A stretch of DNA of 64,000 nucleotides from Mobula hypostoma (Eukaryota), in contig NC_086098.1 in assembly GCF_963921235.1 (NCBI RefSeq), forward strand, positions 2,604,001-2,668,000, written 5' to 3'. The translations under genes were made by a program, and so were the position numbers. Each line of letters opens with the position of its first letter. Within the stretch, counting starts at the first letter, position 1. Shown here one piece after another: positions 1 through 12,785 of the stretch. The notes under the pieces were generated by a model. It made no database searches, was not told where the DNA came from, and worked only from the letters and a program-made list of their open reading frames with translations.

Positions 1-86
1 GCCTTTCAATATTCAATGAGTTCCCTTTTCATTCTTCTAAACTCCGGTGAGTACAGACCAGAGTCATCAAATTCTCTTCATATGTT
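1..86 (-). mobile_element. CR1 LINE RT C-terminal fragment
   Basis: Reverse complement matches the LYSLEFRRMRGDLIE-type region seen in the other CR1 copies. Confidence 0.7.
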
Positions 87-170
87 GCCCAAACAATGAA
101 GAACAAGTCCTGACTGCTTCACACAAGCTCAAGCAGAGGTTTTAATATTAACTCCGTCTTGCCTCTTTTC

Positions 171-572
171 AGACAATAGACAATAGGTACAGGAGTAGGC
201 CAGTCAGCCCTTTAAGCCAGCACCACCATTCACTGTGATCATAGTTTATCATCCACGATCAGTACCCTTTTCCTGCCTTCTCCCCATATCCCTTCACTCT
301 GCTATCTTTAAGAACTCTATCTAACTCTTTCTTGAAAGAATCCAGAGAATTGGCCTCCACTGCCTTCTGAGGCAGAGCATTCCACAGAACCACAACCCTC
401 TGTGTGAAAAAAGTTTTTCCTCAACTCTGTTCTAAATTGTCTACCCCTTATTCTTAAACTGTGGCCGCTGGTTCTGGACTCCCCCAACATCGGGAGCATG
501 TTTCCTGCCTCTAGCGTGTCCAATCCCTTAATAATCTTATCTGTTTCAATCAGATCCTCTCTCATCCTTCCT
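171..572 (-). mobile_element. CR1 LINE 3' end (5'-truncated)
   Basis: ORF 317-583 (RMREDLIET..SRTSGHSLRIRG..ELRKNFF); 3'UTR and short (TCTATTG)n tail at 171-186. Confidence 0.9.
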
Positions 573-1134
573 TTCAGGGACAATATAATGATAGGTGACT
601 GAGGCAGAGATAAGAATGAGGAATGAAAATGCCAGATCTAAAACTAATGTAAAACCAACTTATGAAATAAGATTTTATATTCACAATGGCAGGTTCTTTG
701 CATATCATTAAGTCAGTAATTCAGGCTCAGGCGCATGTGCTGAATGTATACATGGAGGAAATCTGTTCAAGAGGGAGCTACACTACCTCCACTGTGCCAC
801 AGAAAGCAAGCAGCAGTTGTGAAAGAAGATTCTGAGCAACCAAAAGACTCAACCATTAATCACAGCCCCCACTTCCTCGTGCTCACAACGCACCAGAATA
901 TGTGGATCCTGGATTGGCCACAACCACCTGAAGACATGCCAATGGACAGCCCCTTCGGAGAACTTCATACTCAACTTGAGTATGGATGTAATGGACTTGG
1001 AGTTCAGGAGCAGAGCAGCAAACACAGACCTGTCATCAGAGCATGACCCTAATGTGCTTTCCTCTCTGTTAATCTGCTTTGTTCAATGATATTGTAATGT
1101 TATTTGTATTTTGCTATTTTTAGAAATACAGCAC

Positions 1135-2617
1135 AGTAGCAATATCTATGTCAGGCTGCTATTTATTGACTACAACACCATCATACCCTCATACAAATCA
1201 AAGCTCCAAAACCTGGGCTCTTTCCTTTTCTCTGCAACTGGATCCCTGACTTTCACACTGGGAGACCACAGACTGCGTGTATCGAAAATAACGTCTTCTC
1301 CTCGCTGACAGTCAACACAGGTGCACCCCAAGAATGCGTGCTTAGCCTGCTGCTGTACATCCACGATTGTGTGACCAGGCACAGCTCAAACACCATCTAT
1401 AAACCTGCTGATGACACAACTATTTCATTCGGAGATTGGGAGATTTGGCACGTCACCAAAGACACTCGCAGATTTCTACGGATGTACCATGGAGAGCTTT
1501 TTAACTGGCTGCATTGCCATCTGGTATGGGGGTGGGGGCATTGCACAGGTTCAATCTAAGCTGCAGAGGAGTTGTAAACTCAGTCAGCTCCATCATGGAA
1601 GCTAGCCTGCAGAGTATCCAGGACATCTTCAAGGAGAGATGCCTCATCCATCATTATGGATCGCCATCACCCAGGACAAGCCCTGTTCTCATTGCTACCA
1701 TCGAGGAGAAGTTACAGGAGATGAAGGCACACACTCCATGATCCAAGAACTGCTTCTTCCCCTCTGTCATTAGATTTCTGAATGAACATGGAACCCAAGA
1801 ACACTAACTCAGTATTTTTCCTCTCTTTTTGTACTAAGGAGAGAAGATGGTGGCGCAATGCAGCGCGCGCGGCCGCTCTGAATTGATATCGTATTTGTGA
1901 AGTAGGATGCCGTGCGCAATCCTGATTTGATGAAGACAGCCGTAAGAAGCATGGAGGAACATCTGGAGAAACTTCTGAAACGCCCACTTTGCTGCTGCTG
2001 CTACTGAGCGATTGAGAATCTCTGGAGAGGAAGGCCCCAAATCCTCGGCTTTGCCTATTGCCGGGGCTGGGGTCGAAGCGCTCGGCAGAGATGGTGCTCG
2101 GTGCTCAGTGTCGGAGGGCTGGTCGGAAGCTCGAAGTTTCCGGATGGACTCAAGAGTCGGCTGTGGTCAGGTGCTTCCAGGGTGCTGCATCGGCAAGTTT
2201 GCGGCGCTGGAAGCTCATGGCAGAAGAGAGTTTTTCTTCCTTCTACCGTCTGCGTGAGATGATGGGACTTTCGAGAGACTTTGAGATTTTTTTACTGTGC
2301 CCATGGTCTGTTCTTTATCAAATTATGGTATTGCTTTGCACTGTTGTAACTATTTGTTATAATTATGTGGTTTTTGTCAGTTTTTCAGTCTTGGTCTGTC
2401 TTGTGTTTCTGTGATATCACTAAATGACAATAAAAGAGGACTGTGTGTCCTCATAATCTAATTTAGTCTAACCTACTACCTATTTAATTTAATTTAATTT
2501 GTTTTTTAAATATATACTTCTTACTGTAATTCATAGCATTTATTATTATGCCAATGTACTCCTGTCGCAAAACAACAGATTTCATGACATATGCCGGTGA
2601 TATTAAACTGGATTCTG
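1135..2617 (+). mobile_element. Rex1/Babar-type LINE, decayed RT and 3'UTR, interrupted at ~1837-2475
   Basis: YVRLLFIDY, LLYIHDCV..ADDTT, FYGCTMESFLTGCIAIWYG motifs; 3' end ..gtgatattaaactggattctg shared with other copies. Confidence 0.85.
1837..2475 (+). mobile_element. Non-coding ~650 bp retroposon family, copy 1
   Basis: Collinear with ~27050-27705 and ~31860-32422; ends AATAAAAGAGGACTG..CATAATCTAA; CpG-rich 5' half. Confidence 0.8.
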
Positions 2618-2639
2618 TAGGCCGAGTAACCTGCTCAGT

Positions 2640-2785
2640 GTGTCATAGCAATGTGGGAAGAAAGCAGAGCACCAGGAAAAACACACTTGGTCACAGAAGA
2701 AACATACAAACTCCTTAAAGATAATGAACCCAAATTGTTGGTGCTGTGATAATGTTATGCCAGCCACCATACTACTGTACTGCCC
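2640..2785 (-). mobile_element. tRNA-derived SINE fragment (V-SINE/HE1-like)
   Basis: Similar to SINE copies near 6540, 14160, 23545 and 63800. Confidence 0.6.
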
Positions 2786-2804
2786 TAAATAAAAAATAAT
2801 TTTG

Positions 2805-3348
2805 GAGACAGCCGGAAAGAAGGTCGGTGTCCCAACAGACTGGTGTGTCGTGGGAACTGGAAGATCTTTGGCTGTTTGCCTAGAGACTTGAGATCTTTGG
2901 GCACAGAGCTCAGCAAAAGCAACGCAACGGACTATTAACATCATTAACCAATGAGTTGTTTGTTACGCTTCCCCTCTCGCTATGAAACGGAGACACCTCT
3001 TTGTCCCTTATTAGGAAGAGAGAGAGCCTGTGGTATGTCGAATACCGGGTGAACAAGTACTCTTTGGGCTACTGCACGTCTGTGTTTTTGCTGTACACTT
3101 GAGTGCTCGGTGACGGGTACCAATGCATCTTTTTTTTACTGGTGGAGGGGAGGGGAATCATGCTCGCTGCCGCTTACGCGCAGGAGGGGGGAGCTGGGGG
3201 GGACTTTGAGATTCTAACATTTAACTGTCATTCATTCTTTGGGGCACTCCTCTGTTCTCATGGATGTTTTGCGAAGAAAAAGCATTTCAGGATGTATATT
3301 GTATACATTTCTCTGACATTAAATGTACTTTTGAAACCTTTGAAACCT
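2805..3348 (+). mobile_element. Unclassified retroposon 3' region with (TTTGAAACC)n tail
   Basis: ATTAAA followed by tttgaaacctttgaaacc; no coding motif recognised. Confidence 0.5.
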
Positions 3349-3582
3349 ATGTAAATAACACTCAAAGATCAAAGTTCAAAGTTCAAAATAAACAGTACGT
3401 ACTGTATATGTCACTATATGCTGCCCTGAAATTCAATTTCTTGCAGGACTTCACAGTAGAACAAAGAAATACAATAGAATCAATGAAAAACTACACACAA
3501 AGACTGACAAACAACCAATGTGCAATAAAAGACAAAATGTGCAGGTTCAAAAGTAAACATGTACATACTGTAAATAATACTG

Positions 3583-4079
3583 TTACTGTTGTTCGTCCAT
3601 CGTTGACGTCGATGAGGACCTCAACACCATAATGATGGTGTCGAGACTAGCGCGTGATTTGGATTTAAGTGAGGGAGAGTTGCGCAGCGTCAGCCTCACT
3701 CTCTCTTTCCAATTCCCATCTGGATCCAGTGGCAAGACAGAGTCTAGACGGCTGGAGATGGGACTAGGTGCAGTGGATGACCAGGACGTCTTCTGTGTCT
3801 TGCCCTGCTCTACACATTCCACGACGCTTGCAGAGACCGTCTTCTTGACCGTTGGAACTTCCGCTGGTCTCATCCACTCAGTCCGCCAGAGTCTGTCTTC
3901 ACATGCTGGGATAGACAACTCCCTATCTCACCAAGGGTTTGAGACCCGTCGGCTACCCTCACCTGGTTTAGTCGGCTTGTCGAAGCCGTTGCCCCGCGGT
4001 GTGGCTGCTGTCGCATGCAAACAGCTACGAGGAGCCACAGGTGACAGCTGAGTGCCAGGTGGGGACCAAAGGTGGGGGA
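3583..4079 (-). mobile_element. RTE-related non-autonomous element with 16-bp TSD
   Basis: TSD actgtaaataatactg at 3567-3582 and 4080-4095; 3' end ..GGACGAACAACAG. Confidence 0.85.
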
Positions 4080-4977
4080 ACTGTAAATAATACTGAGCCA
4101 TGGGTTGTAGAGTCCTTGAAAGTGAGTCTGTAGGTTGTAGGCTGTGAGTTTGAATCAGTTCAGAGTTGAGGTGAGTGAAGTTACCTACACTGGTCCAGGA
4201 GTCTGATGGTTGTAGGGTAATAACTGTTCCTGAACCTGGTGGTGTGGGACCTGAGGCTCCACATCTATTGGTGGAGTAAATTATTAAATTGGTAAATTTG
4301 ATTATTATTGTCACATATACAAGAAACAGTGACAACCCGTCACATTATCTCCATTGGGCAGGAAGTACTGAGGCCTTAGGTGCACTTCTATTGCACCCCT
4401 ATCACGCTCTTAAATAGACCTCTTGTTCGATAAATTGACCTCACAATCTACCTTGTTATGATCCTGCGCTCTATTGTCCACCTGCACTGCCCCTTCTCTG
4501 TAACTGTTACACTTCATTCAGCATTGTTATTGTTTTACCTTGTTCTACCTCAGTACACAGTGTAATGATCTGATCTGTATGATCAGAAATGACAACAATA
4601 ATCCAATTCCAATACTTCCCAGTAATTTGCTCTGAAAGAACCACAGTGCAAAAACTAAGAAACTTTTTTCCGTTCAAAAACAACTATCGACTTATACGTT
4701 TCATCAATCACAAAGACAGTTTAGTTCCACCCCCCCCCCCCACCACCACCAACTCTTCTGTCATTATTCTTCTAGAAGATCTGGTCAGAATTTAATTTAA
4801 TTTCGTTAATACCTGCCTTGGCAACTATCCATTTTCTGTTGTTCAGCAGTTCCATTGCCCAAACCTCAAGTACTAGTGCCCTGTCTAGCACTGTTCCACT
4901 CAGCTAGACACTCCATTCTTATCAGATGGTTTTAAATCCCCAGTTTTAAATCTTATCTATTAACTTCCACATGAAAT

Positions 4978-5516
4978 GTCCCCTAATCTGAGGAAAGACA
5001 TCTTTGCCATAGAGGGAGTACAAAGAAGGTTCACCAGATTGATTCCTGGGATGGCAGGTCTTTCATATGAAGAAAGACTGGATGAACTGGGCTTGTACTC
5101 GTTGGAATTTAGAAGATTGAGGGGGGATCTGATTGAAACGTATAAGATCCTAAAGGGATTGGACAGGCTAGATGCAGGAAGATTGTTCCCGATGTTGGGG
5201 AGGTCTAGAACGAGGGGTCACAGTTTGAGGATAGAGGGGAAGCCTTTTAGGACCGAGGTTAGGAAAAACTTCTTCACACAGAGAGTGGTGAATCTGTGGA
5301 ATTCTCTGCCACAGCAAACTGTTGAGGCCAGTTCATTAGCTATGTTTAAAAGGAAGTTAGATATGGCCCTTGTGGCTACAGGGGTCAGGGGGTATGGAGG
5401 GAAGGCTGGGTTCTGAGTTGGATGATCAGCCATGATCATAATAAATGGCGGTGCAGGCTCGAAGGGCCGAATGGCCTACTCCTGCACCTATTTTCTATGT
5501 TTCTATGTTTCTATGT
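4978..5516 (+). mobile_element. CR1 LINE 3' end, well preserved
   Basis: Open ORF 4976-5416 (VQRRFTRLIPG..LYSLEFRRLRGDLIE..FFTQRVVNLWNSLP); (TTTCTATG)n tail. Confidence 0.95.
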
Positions 5517-5552
5517 TTACCTATCCCCAATGTCCAACACGCTCAAAGTCCC

Positions 5553-5603
5553 TCACACAAACACACACACATGCACACTCACACACTCACACACACACAC
5601 ACA

Positions 5604-5635
<32 letters not shown>

Positions 5636-5706
5636 AACACAGACACACACACACATGCACACACATACACACACACATACACACACACACGCGCGCACGC
5701 ACGCGC
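5553..5706. repeat. Compound (CA)n/(CT)n microsatellite
   Basis: Direct inspection. Confidence 0.95.
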
Positions 5707-5719
5707 GGACATTTCCCGC

Positions 5720-6150
5720 TTTTCGAGAGGCGGTGTCTCAGGAAGGCGACATCCATCATTACGGATCCTCACCATCGAGGACATGCAAGATCAAAGTTCA
5801 AAGTAAATTTATTATCAAAGAACACACATATGTGTCACCATATGGAAATAAATCTCAGGGTTCTATATGGTGACGTGTATATGTACTTTGATAATAAATT
5901 TATGTTGAACTTTGAAGGATGAGGGAGGGGCCTGAAAGCCCACACTCAGTGTTTTAGGAATAACTCCTTCCCCTCTACCATCAGATTTCTGAATGGTCCA
6001 TGAGCCCATGAACACGCTCTATCCCTCTATTGCACTATTTACTTAATGTAACTCACTGTAAATGTTACGTCTTGCTTTGTACTGGTGGCACAGAACAATA
6101 AATTTCACAACATATGTCATCGAAAATAAACCTGATTCTGATTATGTTCT
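5720..6150 (+). mobile_element. Rex1/Babar-type LINE 3' fragments
   Basis: RRCLRKATSIITDPHH motif; 3' end aataaacctgattctgatt. Confidence 0.7.
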
Positions 6151-6539
6151 GAATAATGTTTTAGCCTCATCATTATTCGTACTCCTGAACCCCTTCACAC
6201 AAAAAATGTGTCACTTAACTATATCAAACAAGTCTGATACATTATAGGTGCATTCACAGGATAAAGTAAATCAAAGATCAGAGTAAAGAAATAAAGTGAG
6301 CAATATCAAATTCACTATGAACTAATGTTATTTGGGCATCTGGAATGAACATTACTGGCATAGTTGGTCAGAATTTGGACATAGTACAGTTTCTAGGCTG
6401 TGACACTAAACCAAAACCATGTATTTCTTCAGGTGAGCCCATTGCTCTATAAAAACAAAGACTCCTTCACCTTTCCCTTGACCAATGTCCTCCCCTCCTA
6501 AAGCTCCATCAGAACATTGTCACATGCAAGTCATCAGTA

Positions 6540-6750
6540 AGAAGTTTGTATGCTCCTCCTCGTGAACTCTTGGGTTTCCTCCGGGTGCTACGGTTTCCTC
6601 CAACAGTCCAAAGATGCACTGGTTAATAGGTTAATTGGTCATTGTCAATTGTCCTCTGATCAGGCTCAGGTTAAATCAGTGGGTTGCTGGGTGGTGTGGT
6701 TCATAGGGCCAGGAGGGGCTGTTCCGCACTGTATCTCCAAATAAATAAAT
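6540..6750 (+). mobile_element. SINE fragment (V-SINE/HE1-like)
   Basis: gggtttcctccgggtgctacggtttcctccaacagtccaaaga core; (AAAT)n tail. Confidence 0.75.
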
Positions 6751-7227
6751 GTCAAATGCTGCCTGCACACGTACTGTACCTTGTTGTAAACTAAATGTAT
6801 TTGTCCATCATTGACTGTGTTTCAAAAGTAATTCAGTTCTAACACAGAGCTTTGGGACAACCTATGGATACCATGGGATTTATCTCACTCCTTTTTTCTC
6901 TCTTTCCCTTATTGAATATGCAAATTTTGAATCCAGGGTATGAAGAGTTTAATTGTAATTAGTAGTTAATTCAAAATTAATTACATTCAAGAAATAATTA
7001 ATAAGTTTCATTAAAACTGAAAAACACCTTGCTTGATTAATCCAAAAACCTCAGGAGTAATTTCATAAAATTTTCTTCCCAGTGGGTAAGAAGCATGTCT
7101 TTGTAAAAGCCACCCCACTCGTGTTATCTACCAAGCCATTCACATGACTCTGTGATTACATATTACTGCTCCCCGGCACTTACGTCTTCATCATATTATT
7201 TATAGCACTAAGCCCATCATGTGACTA

Positions 7228-8733
7228 TACACTCAATGACTACTGTACCTAATAAAGTGGCCACTGTGTACGTCTGTGGTCTTCTGCTGCTGCAGCCCAT
7301 CCACTTCAAGGTACAACGTGTTGTGCGTTCAGAGATGCTCTTCTGCACATCTCTGCTGTAATGTGTGATTATTTGAGTCACTGATGTCTTCCTGTCAGCT
7401 TGAACCAGTCTGGCCAAGATGGAGTTCAACCCAGATAAGTGTGAGGTGGTTCATTTTGGTAGGTCCAATTTGAAGACAGAATATAATATTAATGTTTTAA
7501 CTCTTGTCAGTGTGGAGGATCAGCCAGATCCTAGGGTTCACGTCCATAGGACACTCAAAGCTGCTGCGCAGGTTGACAGTGTTGTTAAGACGACGTATGG
7601 TGTGTTGGCATTCATCAACTGTGGGACTGAGTTCAAGAGCCGAGAGGTAATGTCACAGCTATACAAGACCTTGGTCAGACCCCACTTGGAGTACTGTGTT
7701 CAGTTCCGGTCACCTCACAACAGGAAGGATGTGGCTACTATAGAGAGAGTGCAGAGGAGACTTACAAGGATGTTGCCTGGATTGGAGAGCATGCCTTATA
7801 AGAAAAGGTTAAATGAACTTGACCTTTTCTCCTTGGAGTGACGGAAGATGAGAGATGACCTGATAGAAGTGTATAACATGATGAGAGGCGTTGTTCATAT
7901 GGATAGTCAGAGGCTTTATCCAGGCTGAAATGGCTAGCATGAGGGGGCATAGTTTTAAGGTGCTTGGAAGTAAGTACAAGGGGGATGTCAGAGGTAAGGT
8001 TTTCACACAGAGAGTGGTGAGTGCGTGGAATGCACTGCCAGTGAAGGTGGTAGAGGCAGATACAATAGTGTCTTTTAAGAACCTCTTAGATAAGTACATT
8101 GTGCCTATTTTTCTAGGTGGCTATGTGGTGGGGAAATTCTTGGCAGTTTCTTGAGTAAGTTACATGGTCAGCACAACATGGTGGGGCGTAGGGCCGGTAA
8201 TGTGCTGTAGATTTTTATGTTTCTATGACCATTCTCATCTGACCTCTGCCATTAGCAAGGTGTTCTCACCCACAAAACTGCCAGTCAAAGTACATTGATT
8301 ATCAAAGTATGTATGCAATATGCAACCCTGAGATTCGTCTTCTCACAGACAGCCACGAAACAAAGAAACACTGTAAAACCCATTCAGAAAAAAACATCAA
8401 GCATCCAACACACAAAAGGCAAAAAAAAAGACACGCAGAATATAATACATCACACCGCTGAGTCACGGAAACAAGTGGGGAACATTCTCACTGGTTGCAT
8501 TTTGGGTTTTTTTGCACTATTCTCTGTAAATCTAGAGACTGTTGTGTGTGAAAATCCCAGGAGATCTGCAGTTTCTGAGATACTTAAACCACTCCACCTG
8601 GAACCAATAGTAATTGCATGGTCAAAGTCAGCTGGATCGTATTTGTTCCCCATTCTGATGTTTGGTGCTGCTATATGATTGGTTAATTAGATATTTGCAT
8701 TAACGAGCAGGTGTACAGTTGCACCTAATTAAG
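7228..8733 (-). mobile_element. Non-autonomous Tc1-like DNA transposon copy A, split by insertions
   Basis: Transposase N-terminal HTH pieces GLSISETADLLGFSHTTVSR (8450-8653) and LARLVQADRK..SISERTTRCTLKWMG (7217-7429); collinear with copies B and C. Confidence 0.85.
7417..8227 (+). mobile_element. CR1 LINE 3' part inserted in Tc1 copy A
   Basis: MEFNPDKCEVVHFG..LVRPHLEYCVQF; ttctatg tail; Tc1 sequence resumes at ~8228. Confidence 0.9.
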
Positions 8734-8964
8734 CATATGCACTCTGGAACAGTTCTGATGTAATCAACTTTTAAGTTCCTTCATGTCATACCAAAACTGA
8801 TCGTCAAAACAAACACATTGTTTGTTCCAATGCTACCGTATTTCCTCCACACAGAGGAGGTTATGTTTTCTTTACAAAGGCAATTCCTCTTCTAGGTTTC
8901 TCCTTTGAGACATCTTTAACTGCCTCTGAAGATGTTAGGATCAGCTTTATTAATGTCACATGTA

Positions 8965-9310
8965 TGAAGGGATATGGGTAGCGGGATGTTGGTACTTCTC
9001 TACCAAAGGAAGTGTAAGGCGCTCGTTTCCTCAGCTAGCCTGCAGGGTCAAGGTGTAGCATCTGCTTAGCCCCCGATCAAGGTCACGTGAAACCATGGGA
9101 GCAGGTGGTGGATGGTTGTATGAGCAACTGGTGCATATCACAGGTCCTGGTCATGTGACAGCTGACACCAGGCAGACAATCTCTGAAGAGTATTGATCAT
9201 GGCTGGTGTCACGTGTCTTGTAAAGAAGCTGCACAGAAGAAGACAATGGCAAACTAGTTCTGTACAAAAATTTGCCAAGAACAATTGTGAACAAGGAAAG
9301 TCTATGATCT
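8965..9310 (+). mobile_element. RTE/BovB-related SINE-like element
   Basis: gaagaagacaatggcaaactagttctgtacaaaaatttgccaagaacaat resembles the Bov-A-type RTE motif (recognised from memory). Confidence 0.55.
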
Positions 9311-9627
9311 AGTCTGAGACTAGTACGAGGGGCCTCAAGATTTGGGGGAGTAAATTTAGGATGGAGATGAGGGGGAACTGCTTTTCCCAAAGAGTGGTGA
9401 ATCTGTGGAATTCTCTGCCCAATGAAGCAGTGAAGGCTACCTCAGTAAATATATTTAAGGCAAGATTGGATAGATTTTTACATAATTGGGGAATTAAGGG
9501 TTATGGGGAAAAGGTAGGTCAATGGAGATGAGTACATGGTCAGATCAGCCATGATCTTATTGAATGGCGGGGTAGGCTCGTTGGGCCAGATGGCCTACTC
9601 CTGCTCCTATTTCTTATGTTCTTATGT
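9311..9627 (+). mobile_element. CR1 LINE 3' end
   Basis: RVVNLWNSLP region; (TTCTTATG)n tail. Confidence 0.9.
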
Positions 9628-9709
9628 ATCACCAATGTAATATGACATGGCATAGCATGAACAAACTAAGGATAATGTAAACTTGTCTTGCATACTGTTC
9701 ATATAAGGT

Positions 9710-9850
9710 AACATACACAAAAAGCTGGAGGAACACAGCAGGTCATGCAGCATCTATGAAGAGGAGAGGAATAAACAGTCATGTTTATTCCTCTCCATAG
9801 ATTCTGCCTGATCTGCTGAGTTCCTCATACATTTTATGAGCATTGTTTCA
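9710..9850. mobile_element. Penelope-type terminal repeat, decayed fold-back
   Basis: gctggaggaacacagcaggtc..gcagcatctatg followed by its imperfect reverse complement. Confidence 0.7.
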
Positions 9851-9864
9851 GATTAAGGAGCAGC

Positions 9865-10696
9865 GCAGGCAGATAATATCTGCAGCTTAATGTGATAAAA
9901 ACTAAGGAGCTGGTGGTAGACCTAGTCATAGTCATACTTTATTAATCCCGGGGGAAATTGGTTTTCATTACAGTTTCGTTACTGAGGAGAGCTAAGGTAC
10001 CGGCGACCCCTGTTTCCATCCAGGGGGTCAATGTGGACATGGTGGAGGATTACAAATACCTGGGGATATGAATTGACAATAAACTGGACTGGTCAAAGAA
10101 CACTGAGGCTGTCTACAAGAAGGGTCAGAGCCGTCTCTATTTCCTGAGGAGACTGAGGTCCTTTAACATCTGCCGGACGATGCTGAGGATGTTCTACGAG
10201 TCTGTGGTGGCCAGTGCTATCATGTTTGCTGTTGTGTGCTGGGGCAGCAGGCTGAGGGTAGCAGACACCAACAGAATCAACAAACTCATTCGTAAGGCCA
10301 GTCATGTTGTGGGGATGGAACTGGACTCTCTCATGGTGGTGTCTGAAAAGAGGATGCTGTCTAAGTTGCATGCCATCTTGGACAATGTCTCCCATCCACT
10401 ACATAATGTACTGGGTGGGCACAGGAGTACATTCAGCCAGAGATTCATTCCACCGAGATGCAACACAGAGCGTCATAGGAAGTCATTCCTGCCTGTGGCC
10501 ATCAAACTCTACGACTCCTCCCTTGGAGGGTCAGACACCCTGAGCCAATAGGCTGGTCCTGGACTTATTTCCTGGCATAATTTACATATTACTATTTAAC
10601 TATTTATGGTTTTATTACTATTTAATTATTTATGGTGCAACTAACGAAAACCAATTTCCCCCGGGATCAATAAAGTATGACTATGACTATGACTAT
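9865..10696 (+). mobile_element. Rex1/Babar-type LINE 3' part, well preserved
   Basis: ORF 10180-10551 (MFYESVVASAIMFAVVCWG..RHRKSFLPVAIKLY); (ATGACT)n tail. Confidence 0.9.
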
Positions 10697-11240
10697 AATA
10701 AGGGGCAAAGTCACAACCAGATACTGTAGATAGATTGATCCTTCTCATCGTCGTAGAGAACCATTGAAGAGTCTAATAACAGTGCGTCAGAATCTGTACT
10801 TGAGTCTGGTGGTATGTGCTTTCAAGCTTTTGTATCTTCTGTCTGATCGGACGAGGGAGAAGAGAGGATGTCCATGGGGTGTGGTCTTTGATTATGTTGG
10901 TTGCTTTACTGAGGTAGCACCAAGTATAGACAGAGTCCATGGAAAGAAGGCTAGTTCTGTGATATGCTGAGTTGTGTCAAGGTCAGGTAGAAAGGGAAAC
11001 CTCATCTGTACGGAGCGACAAGTTCCAGTTATAACGTCTGTAGGTTCTTTGGTGCTATGCTTAGCAAAGCAACTAATAGAAATGATCCAATCAATGAATC
11101 ATTTACAGAGACAGATGGACAGGTGTGTGAGTATGTTGATTAAGCTACTGGATTGACAGCTGGAACTCAAGGCCATTGATCCATGGCTGGGAATTCAAAT
11201 CCCACTTTAGCAATTCAGCTAAATAAATAAATGTGGAATT

Positions 11241-11478
11241 ACTTTATACTATATGGTCGCCAAACAATTGATACTAGAGCGTACAATCATCACAGCGATA
11301 TTTGATACTGTGCTTCGCACTCCCTGGATTACAAATCGATAGTTAACATTAAACATTTATATTATAAATCATAAATAGAAAATAGAAAAAGGGAAGTAAG
11401 GTAGTGCAAAAAAAACTGAGAGGCAGGTCCAGATATTTGGAGGGTACGGCCCAGATCCGGGTCAGGATCCGTTCAACA
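11241..11478 (-). mobile_element. Rex1/Babar-type LINE 3'UTR fragment
   Basis: Collinear with 60615-60890. Confidence 0.8.
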
Positions 11479-11661
11479 ACTATTTTCTGTTTTCAACAAG
11501 GTGAAATAACACAACTAATTATTTACAAGAGCTAGAGATACTGATGCGGATATGTGGTGTAGTATGTCTGCACTATTTATTTATCCTGTAGCTTACAGCT
11601 GAATTATATCTTTGCACCGTCCTGCTGCCACAAATCAACACATTTCATGTCAGACAATAAA

Positions 11662-12388
11662 CACAAGTGATGTTGTAGATGCTGGAAAACTTGAGCAATG
11701 TACACAAAATGCTGGAGAAACTCAGCAGGTCAGGCAGCATCTATGGAGGAGAATAAACAGTTGAAATTTTGGATGGAGACCCTTTATCAGTACTGGAAAG
11801 GAAGTCTTCACTCTCCAGGGCGCAGGCCTGGGCAAGGTTGTACGGAGGACTGGCAGTTGCCCATGCTGCAAGTCTCCCCTCTCCACGACACTGATGTTGT
11901 CCAAGGGAAGGGCATTAGGACCCATACAGCTTGGCACCGGTGACGTCACAAAGCACTGTGTGGTTAAGTGCCTTGTTCAAGGACACAACACGCTGCCTCG
12001 GCTGGGGCTCGAACTCATGACTTTCAGGTCGCTAGTCCAATGCCTTAACCACTTGGCTGGCCACGAGCCCACATAACTGGAAAGGAAGGGAGAAGATGCC
12101 CGAATAAGAACGTGAGGGAACAGGAAGGAGGACAAACAAGAAGGTGGTAGATGCAGCTGGGTGGGTGGGGTACGGGCGGTGAAGTAAGAAGCTGGGAGGT
12201 GATAGATGGAAAAGGTAAAAGGCAACAGAAGAAGGAACCTGATAGGAGAGGAGAGTCGGCCATGGGAGAAAGGGAAGGAGACGGGGAACCAAAGGGAGGT
12301 GTTGGGCAGGTGAGGAGAAGGGAAGAGGTAAGAGAGAAAACAGAATGGGGAATGGAACAAGAGGAAAAGAGGAGAGGGAGAAATTAGA
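11662..12388 (-). mobile_element. Penelope-type 3' region with decayed hammerhead, interrupted by a SINE
   Basis: cacaaaatgctggagaaactcagcaggtcaggcagcatctatgg motif followed by a GA-rich tract. Confidence 0.7.
11805..12075 (-). mobile_element. tRNA-derived SINE (family X) with 13-bp TSD
   Basis: TSD actggaaaggaag at 11792-11804 and 12076-12088; A-box-like TGGCC..AAGTGG and B box GTTCGAGCC on the minus strand; second copy at 47247-47460. Confidence 0.9.
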
Positions 12389-12785
12389 AGATATTTTCCT
12401 TCCTTATAATCTCAACTAAGCATTTGTAAAGGTTGGTAACATTACATGCTATTGTAAAGATTTTCATTAACATCGTTTCAGAACTGAAACTGCATGTCAA
12501 ATAGATTTTGGCTTTGCTGCTGTGGGTCTACATACACAGGGATTAAAGGCAAACTGACAGCAGCATATTTCACTTGTAATCATTAATTGGCTTCAATAAG
12601 AGTTCACCTGCATCTATTGCTCTTGGGAGTGTGTGCCTTGAACTCTGACCTCCAGAAATTAGAGGTAGAGATTCAGCAACGTGTCCTTCAGAAAGAATCA
12701 ATGAAGGTAAAAGCAAGCTGATGGGGAAGCCATGAAACACTTATACAGTTGGACAGAAAAGATTTTTTTAATAGTTGTGGCTTCG

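Noticed and set aside
744..1046. 100-aa ORF in apparently unique sequence
   Set aside because: No recognisable domain or convincing splice signals; possibly an old repeat remnant
5422..5922. His/Thr- and Cys/Val-rich ORFs
   Set aside because: Microsatellite plus LINE fragments
6248..6300. Possible exon between ag and gtgagc
   Set aside because: Stop codons in all three frames
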